Below, piece by piece: positions 10,243-20,413 of a DNA stretch of 64,000 nucleotides. The stretch is taken from positions 2,880,001-2,944,000 of the forward strand of contig OZ219754.1 of assembly GCA_964291295.2 (NCBI GenBank). The letters are read 5' to 3'. The position numbers and the translations under genes were made by a program. Origin of the DNA: an uncultured Candidatus Binatia bacterium (GTDB taxonomy: Bacteria; Desulfobacterota; Binatia; UBA9968; JAJDTQ01). The notes beneath the pieces were generated by a model that did not search any database, had not been told where the DNA came from, and saw only the letters and a program-made list of their open reading frames with translations. Position 1 is the first letter of the stretch; each line of letters starts with the position of its first letter.

Positions 10243-10389
10243 CTTCCAGGGTTGATTTCGTGCCTGCTTTTACCTAACAACAACCTGTCGCGCGCGCCCG
10301 GCGGCGCACCTGCGGACGCGGCGCCGGGTGCGGCGTTTTCGCAAGCCGCGGGACCGAAACAGCGCTCATCCGAGGCGAAGGGAGTATCC

Positions 10390-11763
10390 ATGAAGGCAGA
10401 TCTGGTCATCAGGCACGGCACGGTGGTGACGCCCGAGAGCACGTTCGAGGGCGGCGTGGCCATTCATGCCGGAAAATTCGTGGCCATCGGCACGGACGAC
10501 TCGCTTCCGGAGGGAGCCCGGGAGATCAACGCCGGCGGCAAGCACATTCTGCCCGGACTGATCGACGGCCACGTTCATTTCCGCGAACCCGGCATGACCC
10601 ACAAGGAGGATTTCGGCACCGGCTCCCGCGCGGCCATCTGCGGCGGCATCACCTGCGTGGTGGAGATGCCCAACACGATTCCGCCGGTGACCCATCCCGA
10701 ACAGGTGGAAGAGAAAAAGCGGCTCGCCGAGGAGAAATCGCTGGTGGATTTCGCGCTCCTCGGAGTGATCGTGCAGACCAACGCCGACCAGATCCTGCCC
10801 ATGGCCCGGGCGGGAGCCGTGGGTTACAAGATCTTCTTCGGCGAGACCATCGGCAATCTGCCCTTCCCGGACGACGGCGTGTGCCAGGACGTGTTCCAGC
10901 GTATCACCGAGTCGCGGTTGCCATTGTGCATCCATGCCGAGAACCGCCAGATCATGTACCACCACCTGAACCGCATCAAGGAGGAGGGCAGGACCGCCCC
11001 GGTCAACTGGGAGTCCACGCGCCCGGCCATCTGCGAGGCGGAGTCGGTTCACCACGCCCTCTTCTTTGCCGAGACCTTCGGAACCAGGCTCCACGTGCTG
11101 CATATGAGTTCCAGACAGGCCGCCGGGCTCGTCCGGGACGCCAAGGCCCGGGGGCTTCGGGTCACGGCCGAGACCGGCCCCCACTATCTGTTGCGGGAGC
11201 CCCGGGACATGGAAAAGGTGGGCCCGCTGCTCAAGATGAACCCGCCGGTGCGCACCCGAGACCATGGCGAGGCGCTGTGGGACGGATTGCTCAACGGCCA
11301 TGTGGACATGATCGCCACCGACCACTCCCCCCACACCCTGGAGGAGAAGGGCGCGGACACCGACGGCCACATGCTGAAACCTGCCATCTGGGACTGCATC
11401 TCAGGGTTCTGCGGAGTGGAGACCGGCGTTCCGCTGATGCTCACGGAGGTCAACAAGGGCCGCATGACCCTGAACCATTACGTGAGGCTGGCCTCGGAAA
11501 ACCCCTCGAAAATATGGCAGATCCACCCCCAGAAGGGTGCCCTTCGAGTGGGCTCCGACGGCGACGTGACCATCGTGGACATGGACAAGGAAGGGGTCAT
11601 CGACATCAACAGGCTGCACAGCAGGAACAACCCCTCGCCGTGGCACGGCTGGAAGATCAAGGGCATGCCGGTGACCGCCATCGTGCGGGGCCACGTGCAG
11701 ATGGAAGACGGTGAGCCCGTGGGCGGGCCGGTCGGGCGCATGGTGCTGCCCAAGCCCGACTGA
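10390..11763 (+). CDS. allB: Cyclic amidohydrolase, allantoinase/dihydroorotase family
   Basis: IDGHVHFREPG, EMPNT, YKIF, HAE, KMNPPVR, TDHSPH; GGAG RBS before ATG 10390; exact substrate uncertain. Confidence 0.8.
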   Translation: MKADLVIRHGTVVTPESTFEGGVAIHAGKFVAIGTDDSLPEGAREINAGGKHILPGLIDGHVHFREPGMTHKEDFGTGSRAAICGGITCVVEMPNTIPPVTHPEQVEEKKRLAEEKSLVDFALLGVIVQTNADQILPMARAGAVGYKIFFGETIGNLPFPDDGVCQDVFQRITESRLPLCIHAENRQIMYHHLNRIKEEGRTAPVNWESTRPAICEAESVHHALFFAETFGTRLHVLHMSSRQAAGLVRDAKARGLRVTAETGPHYLLREPRDMEKVGPLLKMNPPVRTRDHGEALWDGLLNGHVDMIATDHSPHTLEEKGADTDGHMLKPAIWDCISGFCGVETGVPLMLTEVNKGRMTLNHYVRLASENPSKIWQIHPQKGALRVGSDGDVTIVDMDKEGVIDINRLHSRNNPSPWHGWKIKGMPVTAIVRGHVQMEDGEPVGGPVGRMVLPKPD

Positions 11764-11793
11764 CGCCGCGGCGGCACCCCTTCAGGGAGAACC

Positions 11794-12714
11794 ATGAAAC
11801 GCACCGAACCGCTGGAGTTCCATCAGCCCGCGAGTCTTGCGGAAGCCACCCGTATCATGCTGGACGGAGGCCCGGGAGGCCACTTTCTGGCGGGTGGCAC
11901 CGACCTTGTCATCGCCATGAAGGAAAAGGGCCTGGTGCCGAAGTACGTGGTGGACCTCAAGCGAATTCCGGCCCTTTCGGGCATTCGCGAAGAGGCGGAC
12001 GGGGGCATCGCCATCGGCGCCCTGACCACTCTTCGTGAGGTGGAGCTCTCCCCCGTCATCACCGGTCGTTACCGCTTCCTGGCCCAGAGCGCCGCCGAGG
12101 TGGGTTCCATCCAGATCCGCAACCGCGCCACCATCGGCGGAAACATGGCGAACGCCACGCCGTCGGCGGATGTGGCGCCGGCGCTGCTGGCGCTGGACGC
12201 CAGGGTGACGCTGGCAGGCGCCGGCGGCGAACGGGTACTGGATCTCGGGGAATTCTTCCGCGGCCCCGGCCAGACCGTTGCCGAACCCGGCGAGATCCTG
12301 ACGGAACTGCGGATTCCGGCGCAGCACCCGCGCCTCGCCGGCGAGTACATCAAGTTCTCGCCCAGGGAAATGATGGATCTGGCCTATGTCGGGGTGGCCG
12401 TGACCCTGACGTTGACCGAGGCCGACCGGCGCTGCGAGTCGGCGGCCATCGCCCTGGGCGCGGTATCGCCCACGCCCATGCGGTCGCCCCGGGCGGAAGC
12501 GGTCCTGCGGGGCCAGGTGCTGACAAGGGAGCTGGCGGAGGAGGCCGGCAGAACGGCGTCCCTGGAGTGCAGCCCCATCAGCGACGTGCGCTCCTCGGCC
12601 TGGTACCGGAGGGCCATGGTACGCGTGAACACCAGTCGAGCGCTGCTCAACGCCGCCGCGGGAACCGGTCCGGTACGCTGGACGAGGCGTCGGGACCGGC
12701 GCTACGAACAGTGA
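11794..12714 (+). CDS. Xanthine dehydrogenase/CoxM family FAD-binding subunit
   Basis: LAGGTDL, GSIQIRNRATIGGN, PSAD, PISDVRSSAWYR. Confidence 0.92.
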   Translation: MKRTEPLEFHQPASLAEATRIMLDGGPGGHFLAGGTDLVIAMKEKGLVPKYVVDLKRIPALSGIREEADGGIAIGALTTLREVELSPVITGRYRFLAQSAAEVGSIQIRNRATIGGNMANATPSADVAPALLALDARVTLAGAGGERVLDLGEFFRGPGQTVAEPGEILTELRIPAQHPRLAGEYIKFSPREMMDLAYVGVAVTLTLTEADRRCESAAIALGAVSPTPMRSPRAEAVLRGQVLTRELAEEAGRTASLECSPISDVRSSAWYRRAMVRVNTSRALLNAAAGTGPVRWTRRRDRRYEQ

Positions 12715-12737
12715 AGCCGGTCGGGATGATGTCCGAA

Positions 12738-12888
12738 GGGAATTAGTAGGGAATGGTGCCATTTTCCTGTTGCCATTCTTCTTGTTGCATTCGCGGCGCT
12801 CTCCTACAGGACCGTCCGCAGGAGGTCAGACAGTGTTGCGGTTCGGCGACGGGCGGTCAGCGGACGTGGCATTTTTTATATAACCCCC
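12738..12888. mobile_element. Putative 151-bp MITE / IS remnant with 8-bp target-site duplication
   Basis: tgtccgaa at 12730-12737 and 12889-12896; imperfect terminal inverted repeats GGGAATTAGTAGGGAATG / GGGGGTTATATAAAAAATG; AT-rich ends; interrupts the FAD-FeS subunit junction. Confidence 0.6.
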
Positions 12889-12930
12889 TGTCCGAAGGGC
12901 CGGCCCTGACATCAAGGAGACCTGAAGTCC

Positions 12931-13422
12931 ATGAACCAACCCATTGAATTCACGTTGAACGGCAAGCCGACTTCGGTGGCGGCGCCGGCGCACCGCCTGC
13001 TGCTGGACCTGTTGCGGGACGAGATCGGCGTCACCGGCACCAAGGAGGGCTGCGGCACCGGCGACTGCGGCGCCTGCACGGTCTACCTCGACGGCAAGCC
13101 GGTGAACTCGTGCCTGGTGCTGACCGGCGAACTCCACCGGACGGAGATCGTGACCATCGAAGGGCTCGGGGACGGCAGCCATCCGCTCCAGGCGGCCTTC
13201 ATGGCCGACGGCGGCGCCCAGTGCGGCTACTGCACGCCTGGCATGCTGATGATGGCCAAGTCGTTCCTCGAAGAGAACCCCGACCCGACGGACGACGATA
13301 TCCGCTTCGCCCTCTCGGGCAATCTGTGCCGCTGTACCGGATACGTGAAGATCGTCGAAGCGGTCCGGAACGCCGCCGCCGACCTGCGGCGACGCGCCGG
13401 CAAGGGGCGGGAAAATGGATGA
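12931..13422 (+). CDS. Xanthine dehydrogenase/CoxS family 2x[2Fe-2S] subunit
   Basis: [28 protein letters not shown]. Confidence 0.95.
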   Translation: MNQPIEFTLNGKPTSVAAPAHRLLLDLLRDEIGVTGTKEGCGTGDCGACTVYLDGKPVNSCLVLTGELHRTEIVTIEGLGDGSHPLQAAFMADGGAQCGYCTPGMLMMAKSFLEENPDPTDDDIRFALSGNLCRCTGYVKIVEAVRNAAADLRRRAGKGRENG

Positions 13423-15706
13423 CCTCAAGGTCGTCGGCCATCCCGTCACCCGCGTCGACGCCGGCGAGAAGGTCGCGGGCACGGCGCTGTACGGGTACGA
13501 TCTGGTACTGCCGGACATGCTGCACGGCAAGGTCCTGTTCAGTCCCCGGGCGCACGCGCGCATCGTCCGCATCGACCTGGAAAAGGCGCGCCGGCATCCC
13601 GGCGTGGCGGCGGCCATTGCCGGCGCCGACGCACCCTGGACCCACGGCGAGTCCATCAAGGACAAGCCGTTTCTGGCCACCGGCAAGGTCCGCTACGTTG
13701 GCGAACCGGTGGCGGCGGTGGCGGCCGTGGACGAGGACACCGCCCAGGAAGCGCTGAAGCTCATCGACGTGGAATACGAGGACCTGCCCGCCTACTTCAC
13801 CCCGGAGGAAGCCTGCCAGCCCGGCGCCGCGGCCATACACGAAGAGTTCGGGGCCTATCGCAAGGCACCCTTCATCGTCGGCGCGCCCATGCCCAACGTG
13901 TGCGAGCACTTCAAGCTGCGCACCGGGGACACCGCCGAGGGCTTCCGGCAGTCGGACCTGGTGCTGGAGGAAAAATACTACGTGCCGATCATCCAGCACG
14001 CCGCCATGGAACCCCACTCGGCCCACGCCCAGGTGGATCCCGAGACCGGACGGGTGACCCTGTGGGTCGCCAACGACGCGCCCTTTCGCGCCCTCACCGA
14101 AATAGCCGAGGCCCTGGGCCTGCCCCAGGACCAGATTCGCCTCATCAACCCGCTCCAGGGCGGCGGCTTCGGCTCCAAGGGCGGACTCAAGCTGGAGCCC
14201 ATCGCCATGGGGCTGGCGTGGCACACCCGCGGCCGCCCGGTGCGGGTGAAGTTCAACCGCGAGGAGACCTTCGTCTCGACCCTGGTGCGCCACGAGGCCA
14301 CGGTGCACATCAAGAGCGGCGTCCGGAACGACGGCACGCTCATGGCCCGGCACATGACCCTGTACTGGGGCGGCGGCGCCTACGCGGAGAAGAGCCCCAC
14401 GGTGTGCATCCGCGGCAGCCTGCCCGCCCCCGGCCCCTACCGCATCCCCCATGTCCATGTGGACGGTTACGCGGTGTACACCAACAAGCCCGTGGCCGGG
14501 GCCTTTCGCGGCTACGGCATCCCCCAGGGCGCCTGGGCCACCGAGCAGCACATGGACGAACTGGCCCGGCGGCTGGCCATGGATCCCCTGGAGTTGCGCA
14601 TGAAGAACGTCTTCGCGGACGGCGACACGGCCTACTGGGGCGAACAGTTGCACAACGTGGGCCTCGCCGAAACCCTGACCCGGGCGGCCGCGGCCATCGA
14701 CTGGGACAAGCCCCGGCCGGCCGGGGTCGGACGCGGGCTGGCGTGCATCTCCAAGCCAACCCGCTCGCCCACCACCTCCAACGCGGGCGTGCTGGTGGAT
14801 GCCAACGGCCAGGTCACGGTCCTGGCCGGCACGGTGGAGATCGGACAGGGATGCAACACCATCCTTTCACAAGTGGCCGCGGAAGAGCTGCGTATCCCCA
14901 TGGAGCAGGTGCGGGTGGCGCCCCTCGACACCGACGTGATCCCGTTCGACGCTTCCACCACCTCCAGCCGCAGCACCTACCACATGGGCAACGCCGTGCG
15001 CGGCGCCGCCATCCACGCGCGCGAACAGCTGCTGGAGATGGCCGCCCCCATGCTGGAAGGGAAACGGGAAGAGATGGTGGTCGCCGACGGCAAGGTCCAC
15101 CTCAAGGACCATGACGAGATCGCCCTCACCTTCGGAGAGATGATCCGGCGCAAGCTGGGAACCGACGCCGTGTTGCGGGGCGACGCCTCCTACACCTACG
15201 AGATGGGCAAGGAGCTGGACCTGGAAACCGGCCATAGCGATCACGCGTCGGCCTTCTACATGTACGCCACCCAGGCGGCGGAGGCGTCGGTGGATCCGGA
15301 GACCGGCCGGGTGCGGCTGCACCGGGTATCCGCCGCCCACGACGTGGGCAAGGCCATCAACCCGCTCAATTGCGACGCGCAGATCGAGGGCGGCGTGGCC
15401 ATGGGCATCGGCGCCGCGCTCCACGAGAACCTGGTCATCGACGAGAACGGCAAGGTGCGCAACCCCTCGTTCCTGGACTACCACCTGGTAACGTCCGTGG
15501 ACGTCCCCGAGATCATTCCCATCATCGTCGAATGCGCTGAACCCGAGGGCCCTTACGGCGCCAAGGGACTGGGCGAGCCGGGTCTGGCTCCGACTCCCGC
15601 CGCCATCGGCAATGCGGTGGCGGACGCCATCAAGTGGCGCATCCGCGAACTGCCACTGACACCGGAGCGGGTGTTCCGGGCACTGGAGGAGCGCGACGGG
15701 AAGTAG
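13415..15706 (+). CDS. Xanthine dehydrogenase family molybdopterin-binding subunit
   Basis: [41 protein letters not shown]. Confidence 0.93.
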   Translation: MDDLKVVGHPVTRVDAGEKVAGTALYGYDLVLPDMLHGKVLFSPRAHARIVRIDLEKARRHPGVAAAIAGADAPWTHGESIKDKPFLATGKVRYVGEPVAAVAAVDEDTAQEALKLIDVEYEDLPAYFTPEEACQPGAAAIHEEFGAYRKAPFIVGAPMPNVCEHFKLRTGDTAEGFRQSDLVLEEKYYVPIIQHAAMEPHSAHAQVDPETGRVTLWVANDAPFRALTEIAEALGLPQDQIRLINPLQGGGFGSKGGLKLEPIAMGLAWHTRGRPVRVKFNREETFVSTLVRHEATVHIKSGVRNDGTLMARHMTLYWGGGAYAEKSPTVCIRGSLPAPGPYRIPHVHVDGYAVYTNKPVAGAFRGYGIPQGAWATEQHMDELARRLAMDPLELRMKNVFADGDTAYWGEQLHNVGLAETLTRAAAAIDWDKPRPAGVGRGLACISKPTRSPTTSNAGVLVDANGQVTVLAGTVEIGQGCNTILSQVAAEELRIPMEQVRVAPLDTDVIPFDASTTSSRSTYHMGNAVRGAAIHAREQLLEMAAPMLEGKREEMVVADGKVHLKDHDEIALTFGEMIRRKLGTDAVLRGDASYTYEMGKELDLETGHSDHASAFYMYATQAAEASVDPETGRVRLHRVSAAHDVGKAINPLNCDAQIEGGVAMGIGAALHENLVIDENGKVRNPSFLDYHLVTSVDVPEIIPIIVECAEPEGPYGAKGLGEPGLAPTPAAIGNAVADAIKWRIRELPLTPERVFRALEERDGK

Positions 15707-15709
15707 CCC

Positions 15710-16948
15710 ATGGACAGGATACCGGTCGTTATCCTCACGGGCTTTCTCGGGGCCGGCAAGACCACGCTGCTGAACCGCATCCTGACCGCGCCCCACGGCC
15801 ACCGCATCGCCGTGGTCGTCAACGAGTTCGGCGAGGTGGGCATCGATCACCACCTCATCATCGCTTCGGACGAAGAGATCTTCCAGATGAACAACGGCTG
15901 CATCTGCTGCACCGTCCAGGGAGATCTGTTGCGCGTGCTGCTGCAACTGCCGGACCGGCGCGGCACCTTCGACTTCCTGGTGGTGGAGACCTCCGGCCTC
16001 GCCGACCCCACGGTGATCGTGCAGACCCTGCTGCTGGACGAGCGCATCCGCATGGATTTCGAACTGCAGGCCGTGGTGACCGTCGTCGACGGCATGCACA
16101 TCGGACAGCAGCTGGCGGTGCAGCATGAAGCCCGTGAGCAGATCGCCTGCGCGGACGCCATCCTGCTCAACAAGACCGACCTCATCACCGAGGAGGAGGC
16201 GACGGCGGTGGCCGCGCGGCTCGGTGCGCTGAACCCCACCGCCCGGGTCACCCTCACCCGACAGGCCGGCGTGGACATCGGTGAACTGCTGGAGATGCGG
16301 GCCTTCGATCTCGAAGCCCGGCGTCGGACCCTCGGAAACGATCATCATCACGAGCATGCGTCATCGCTCCGGACCGTCTCCTTCGTGCAGCCCGGGGATC
16401 TCGACAAGACCCGCCTGAGCCATTGGTTCCGGGGAGTGCTGGCGGAGAAAGGGGCCGACATCCTGCGCATGAAGGGCATCCTCAACATGCACGGCGACTC
16501 GCACCAGTTCGTGTTCCACGGTGTCCACAGCATGTTCGAGGGGCGCTTGGGGCGGGAATGGGAAGAGGACGAGGAACGGCTCAATCGGCTGGTGTTCATC
16601 GGCAGGGAGCTGGACCACGAGACCCTTCGGAGCGGGCTCCGGACCTGCCTCCGCGCCGACCACGAAGCCGCCGGCGACGGCGCCCTGGACATCTATCGCG
16701 ACGTGTCGTGCTTCACCCTGGACCAGATCCGTATCTGGGTCCGACAGGCGCTGGAGTTCCCGCCGGAGACCGCCATCACCATCAAGGAAGTCCCCTGCGT
16801 CAAGCCGGGCTGCCCGCCCATCGAAACCGCCATCATGGTGTTCCTGGACGGTGAGCCGCCGCGGTTCTACAAGATCCAGAAGACCATCAACGAGGTCAAC
16901 TTCGACACCGTCTACAATCTGATCGAGAATCCGATGCCGTGCTGCTGA
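15710..16948 (+). CDS. COG0523/CobW family G3E GTPase metallochaperone with extra C-terminal Cys-containing domain
   Basis: GFLGAGKTT, NEFG, GCICC, ETSG, NKTD, HHHEH, LVFIG; extension with PCVKPGCPPIET and terminal MPCC. Confidence 0.9.
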   Translation: MDRIPVVILTGFLGAGKTTLLNRILTAPHGHRIAVVVNEFGEVGIDHHLIIASDEEIFQMNNGCICCTVQGDLLRVLLQLPDRRGTFDFLVVETSGLADPTVIVQTLLLDERIRMDFELQAVVTVVDGMHIGQQLAVQHEAREQIACADAILLNKTDLITEEEATAVAARLGALNPTARVTLTRQAGVDIGELLEMRAFDLEARRRTLGNDHHHEHASSLRTVSFVQPGDLDKTRLSHWFRGVLAEKGADILRMKGILNMHGDSHQFVFHGVHSMFEGRLGREWEEDEERLNRLVFIGRELDHETLRSGLRTCLRADHEAAGDGALDIYRDVSCFTLDQIRIWVRQALEFPPETAITIKEVPCVKPGCPPIETAIMVFLDGEPPRFYKIQKTINEVNFDTVYNLIENPMPCC

Positions 16949-17083
16949 CCCGTGCCGACCGCAACGCGCCGGCGGTCCCGCCGGGCGCCTGTGCGACCTC
17001 GCACCGCGGTTCCGCCAATCCGGTCCCGTGTTCATCGACCCGGTAACCGGACCCGCCGGGCGCTCCCCGCGGCCCGGCGCTCT

Positions 17084-17704
17084 CTACAGTTCCCGCCGGC
17101 CGTCCAGGGCCTCCCCCAGGGTGCCGGCGTCGGTGTACTCGATCTCTCCGCCCATGGGCAGGCCCCGGGCGATGCGGGTGATGCGGATGCCGAGGGGCCG
17201 GATCAACTTGGCCAGATACAGGGCGGTGGCGTCCCCCGCCCGGGTGGCGTTGGTGGCGACGATGATCTCGGCAGGCGGTCGGGTCCGGATCCGGTACAGG
17301 AGTTCCCTGATCTTCAGCGCGTCGGGGCCCACCCCGTCCAGCGGGAAGATGGCGCCGTGGAGCACGTGGTAGAGACCCTTGTACTCCCCCGACCGCTCCA
17401 GTGCCATGAGATCGGACGGCTCCTCCACCACACAGATGACATGACCGTCACGTCCGGGGTCGCGGCAGACCTTGCAGCGTGCCACCTCCTCCGTCCCCGG
17501 AGGTATTTCACTCAGGCCGAAACACTCGGGGCAGAGCCCCATCTCGCGCTTGAGCCGCTCCATGCTTCCCGCCAGGGCCAGTACCGATGCCCTGCTTTCC
17601 TTCAGCATGTGGAAGGCCAGGCGTCCGGCGGTCTTCTCGCCGATGCCGGGAAGCCGGGAGAGATGCTCGATGACGCGCGCCACCGGTGCCGGATATCCGG
17701 TCAT
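17084..17704 (-). CDS. recR: Recombination mediator RecR
   Basis: LPGIGEKTA HhH, C4 zinc finger, YHVLHG, toprim domain, ARGLPMGGEIEYTD. Confidence 0.96.
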   Translation of the reverse strand: MTGYPAPVARVIEHLSRLPGIGEKTAGRLAFHMLKESRASVLALAGSMERLKREMGLCPECFGLSEIPPGTEEVARCKVCRDPGRDGHVICVVEEPSDLMALERSGEYKGLYHVLHGAIFPLDGVGPDALKIRELLYRIRTRPPAEIIVATNATRAGDATALYLAKLIRPLGIRITRIARGLPMGGEIEYTDAGTLGEALDGRREL

Positions 17705-18027
17705 GACGTCAGCCCGGGGATCTTGAGTCCTCCGGTCAGCTTGCTCATCTCCTCCGAGGCCATTTCGCGGGCACGCCGGAGCCCCTCGTTGACGGCCGCG
17801 CGCACCAGGTCCTCCAGCATCTCCACCTCTTCCGGATCAACGACCACGGGGTCCAGCTTGATGGAGGCCAGAACCAGTTGGCCATTGACGGTGACGCGCA
17901 CCATGCCGCCGCCCGCGGTGGCGACCACCGTCTTCCTGGCCAGTTCCTCCTGGATCTTCGCAAACCTGGCCTGCATCTCCTGGGCCTGCTTCAGAAGTCC
18001 GCTCATGCCGCCCGAACCCTCGCTCAT
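17701..18027 (-). CDS. ybaB: YbaB/EbfC nucleoid-associated protein
   Basis: LLKQAQEMQ, AGGGMV, MLEDLVRAAVNE; dnaX-ybaB-recR synteny. Confidence 0.95.
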   Translation of the reverse strand: MSEGSGGMSGLLKQAQEMQARFAKIQEELARKTVVATAGGGMVRVTVNGQLVLASIKLDPVVVDPEEVEMLEDLVRAAVNEGLRRAREMASEEMSKLTGGLKIPGLTS

Positions 18028-18052
18028 GTCATTGCTCCCTTCAGCGGGCCGG

Positions 18053-19750
18053 CTACTTCACCGTACCCCCGAAAATCTTCAACGCTTCGTCGATGATGTC
18101 CGCGCCACTTTCCGGATCCACGGTCGAGGGGCCTCCGGCGCTCTCCCCCCCGTCTGTCACCGCCGCCGTCACCGTCAGCTTCCGCCCGAAGAATCCCTCA
18201 AGCAACCGTTCCAGCAGCGCCCGGTTCTCCCCGGTCTCGAAATGGCTCAGATGAAACCGGTCTTCGAAACCGAGTTGCACGCCGGCGACCGAGATCTCCA
18301 GGATCCGTCCCTGCTGCAGATACGATGCCAGCAGTCGGTTCTCGCCCGCGGCGAACTCCAGGAACCGGTTCCACTCGGCCGGAGTCGGTTCGGGCGCCGG
18401 TGAATCCGGCGCCGCTCCGGCCCCGGGGGCCGGACGCCCGGGTTCCGGGACGGCGGGTTGGTCACCGGCGGGATCCGCCGCCGGGAGCGGCCGGGCCTCG
18501 CTCGCGGACTCCGCCGCCGGCGCCGCACTCTCCTCGTGAGTCGCGCCGCTCCCCTGGAGCTCCCGTTCCAGCCGCCGCAACTCTTCGATGGCGTCGGTGA
18601 TGTTCACGGTGCGCGGCAGGGTCGCCACCCGCACCAGCGCCACTTCCAGGTCGAACCTCGGATAGGGCGAGCGGGCCACCCTCTCGTCGCCCTGGACCAT
18701 GAACCGGTAGTAGCCCATGAGGGTCTCGGGATCGACGGACGACGCCTGGGCGCGCAGGAGGGAGATCTCCTCGTCGGCAAGGTCCATGAGGCGCCGGGTC
18801 GCGCTCCCTTCGCCGGCACCGGCCGCCGTCCCGCTGCCGTCCATCAGCCGGATCACAAGGAGATTGCGGAAGTGCTCCACCAGATCCCGGGAAAGGGTCG
18901 CCAGATCCACCCCGTGGCTGGCCACCTCGGCAACCAGGGACAGGCACTCGGCGGCATTCCCCGCGATCACCGCGGCGGAGACCTCATGGAGCACACGCCG
19001 CTCGGCCACGCCGAGAATGTCCCGCAACAGCGGCTCGTCAACCGCACCGCCTTCCTCCGAGGGCTCCGCAAACGACAGCACCTGCTCCAGCAGCGACTGC
19101 GCGTCGCGCATGCTGCCCTGGGCCGCGCGGCTCATGAGCGTCAGCGCACCGTCGGTGATGTCCAGGCCCTCCACTTCCGCCATCCGCCGCAGTCTTTCGT
19201 GGATGTCGGGAACCTCGATGCGGCGGAAGTCGAAGCGCTGGCACCGCGACAGGATGGTTTCCGGCAGCCGGTGGACCTCGGTGGTGGCAAGGATGAACTT
19301 GGCGAACGGCGGCGGCTCCTCCAGGGTCTTGAGCAACGCGTTGAAGGCGTCCCGGGTGACCTGGTGGACCTCGTCGATGATATACACCTTGAAACGCGCC
19401 GCCGCGGGCTGGTAGCGCACATTCTCGATGATCTGCCGGACCTCGTCGATGCCCCGGTTGGAGGCGCCGTCGATCTCGTAAAGGTCGATGGCGCGGGCTT
19501 CGTTGATCTCGTTGCAGCGGGGGCACTCGTTGCAGGGCGCCGGCGTCGGCCCGTGCTGGCAGTTCAGCGCCTTGGCAAGAATGCGCGCGGCGCTGGTCTT
19601 GCCCACGCCCCGGACACCGGTGAACAGGTAGCAATGAGCGATGCGGCCGCTCCGGATGGCGTTGGCAAGGACCCGGGCGACATGCGGCTGCCCCACCATG
19701 TCCGCAAAGCTCCGCGGGCGCCACTTGCGAGCCAGAACGAGGTACGACAT
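18053..19750 (-). CDS. dnaX: DNA polymerase III subunit gamma/tau
   Basis: MSYLVLARKWRP, GVRGVGKT, EIDGASNRG, IIDEVH, NALLKTLEEPP, SRCQ. Confidence 0.97.
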   Translation of the reverse strand: MSYLVLARKWRPRSFADMVGQPHVARVLANAIRSGRIAHCYLFTGVRGVGKTSAARILAKALNCQHGPTPAPCNECPRCNEINEARAIDLYEIDGASNRGIDEVRQIIENVRYQPAAARFKVYIIDEVHQVTRDAFNALLKTLEEPPPFAKFILATTEVHRLPETILSRCQRFDFRRIEVPDIHERLRRMAEVEGLDITDGALTLMSRAAQGSMRDAQSLLEQVLSFAEPSEEGGAVDEPLLRDILGVAERRVLHEVSAAVIAGNAAECLSLVAEVASHGVDLATLSRDLVEHFRNLLVIRLMDGSGTAAGAGEGSATRRLMDLADEEISLLRAQASSVDPETLMGYYRFMVQGDERVARSPYPRFDLEVALVRVATLPRTVNITDAIEELRRLERELQGSGATHEESAAPAAESASEARPLPAADPAGDQPAVPEPGRPAPGAGAAPDSPAPEPTPAEWNRFLEFAAGENRLLASYLQQGRILEISVAGVQLGFEDRFHLSHFETGENRALLERLLEGFFGRKLTVTAAVTDGGESAGGPSTVDPESGADIIDEALKIFGGTVK

Positions 19751-19870
19751 GACGCTAAGTGCGGTTCCGGGTATCCCCCCGGCAGGGCGATCTGGAAGCG
19801 AGATCCGGAAGCGAATCGTCCGCACGGGGGCGCGACCCACGAGGACGCGACCGGAACCGTGCGCGCGGCG

Positions 19871-19999
<129 letters not shown>

Positions 20000-20157
20000 G
20001 GGCCAACGTCCCGAACCGATGTCCGGATCCACGTCCCGGCGGCCAGCCATGTCCCTCGCGCGGAGACCCTTGTCTAGCAGATTTCCCCGCGCACAGCCAA
20101 TCTGCCTGACCTCGGTATTGACCTCCGGAGCCCGTGTCCGGCAAGGGGCGCGAGAGC

Positions 20158-20247
20158 TGGCGGAGAGGGAGGGATTCGAACCCCCGTTACCCGCAGGTAA
20201 ACCTGATTTCGAGTCAGGCGCCTTCAACCGGACTCGGCCACCTCTCC
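20158..20247 (-). tRNA. tRNA-Ser (anticodon CGA), CCA encoded
   Basis: GGAGAGG acceptor, anticodon arm cctga-ctCGAaa-tcagg, long variable arm, GGTTCGAATCC T-loop, 3' GCCA. Confidence 0.97.
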
Positions 20248-20413
20248 ACGCGCCGCAGGCCTTGAACCTATCATGCCCGCGGCCCATTGGAAACTCGCGG
20301 TTGGAGTGCATGGCCCATCCGTCCCTTGCCATGGCGCTGGACGACCTGGGGCGGGCCTGGATGTCGATGATGGCCCGAGAGGCCCTGTGAGTCTCGGTCC
20401 GCCCCTGATCCGC

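Noticed and set aside
16946-16990. Possible Sec readthrough at the CobW stop (MPCC-TGA followed by a hairpin)
   Set aside because: Readthrough would enter a 483-aa shadow ORF antisense to recR, ybaB and dnaX; the hairpin fits a terminator between convergent genes
20158-20247. tRNA-Sec or integration hotspot
   Set aside because: Anticodon is CGA with a normal 7-bp acceptor stem; no duplicated 3' end or integrase seen, and ffs-dnaX follow as usual
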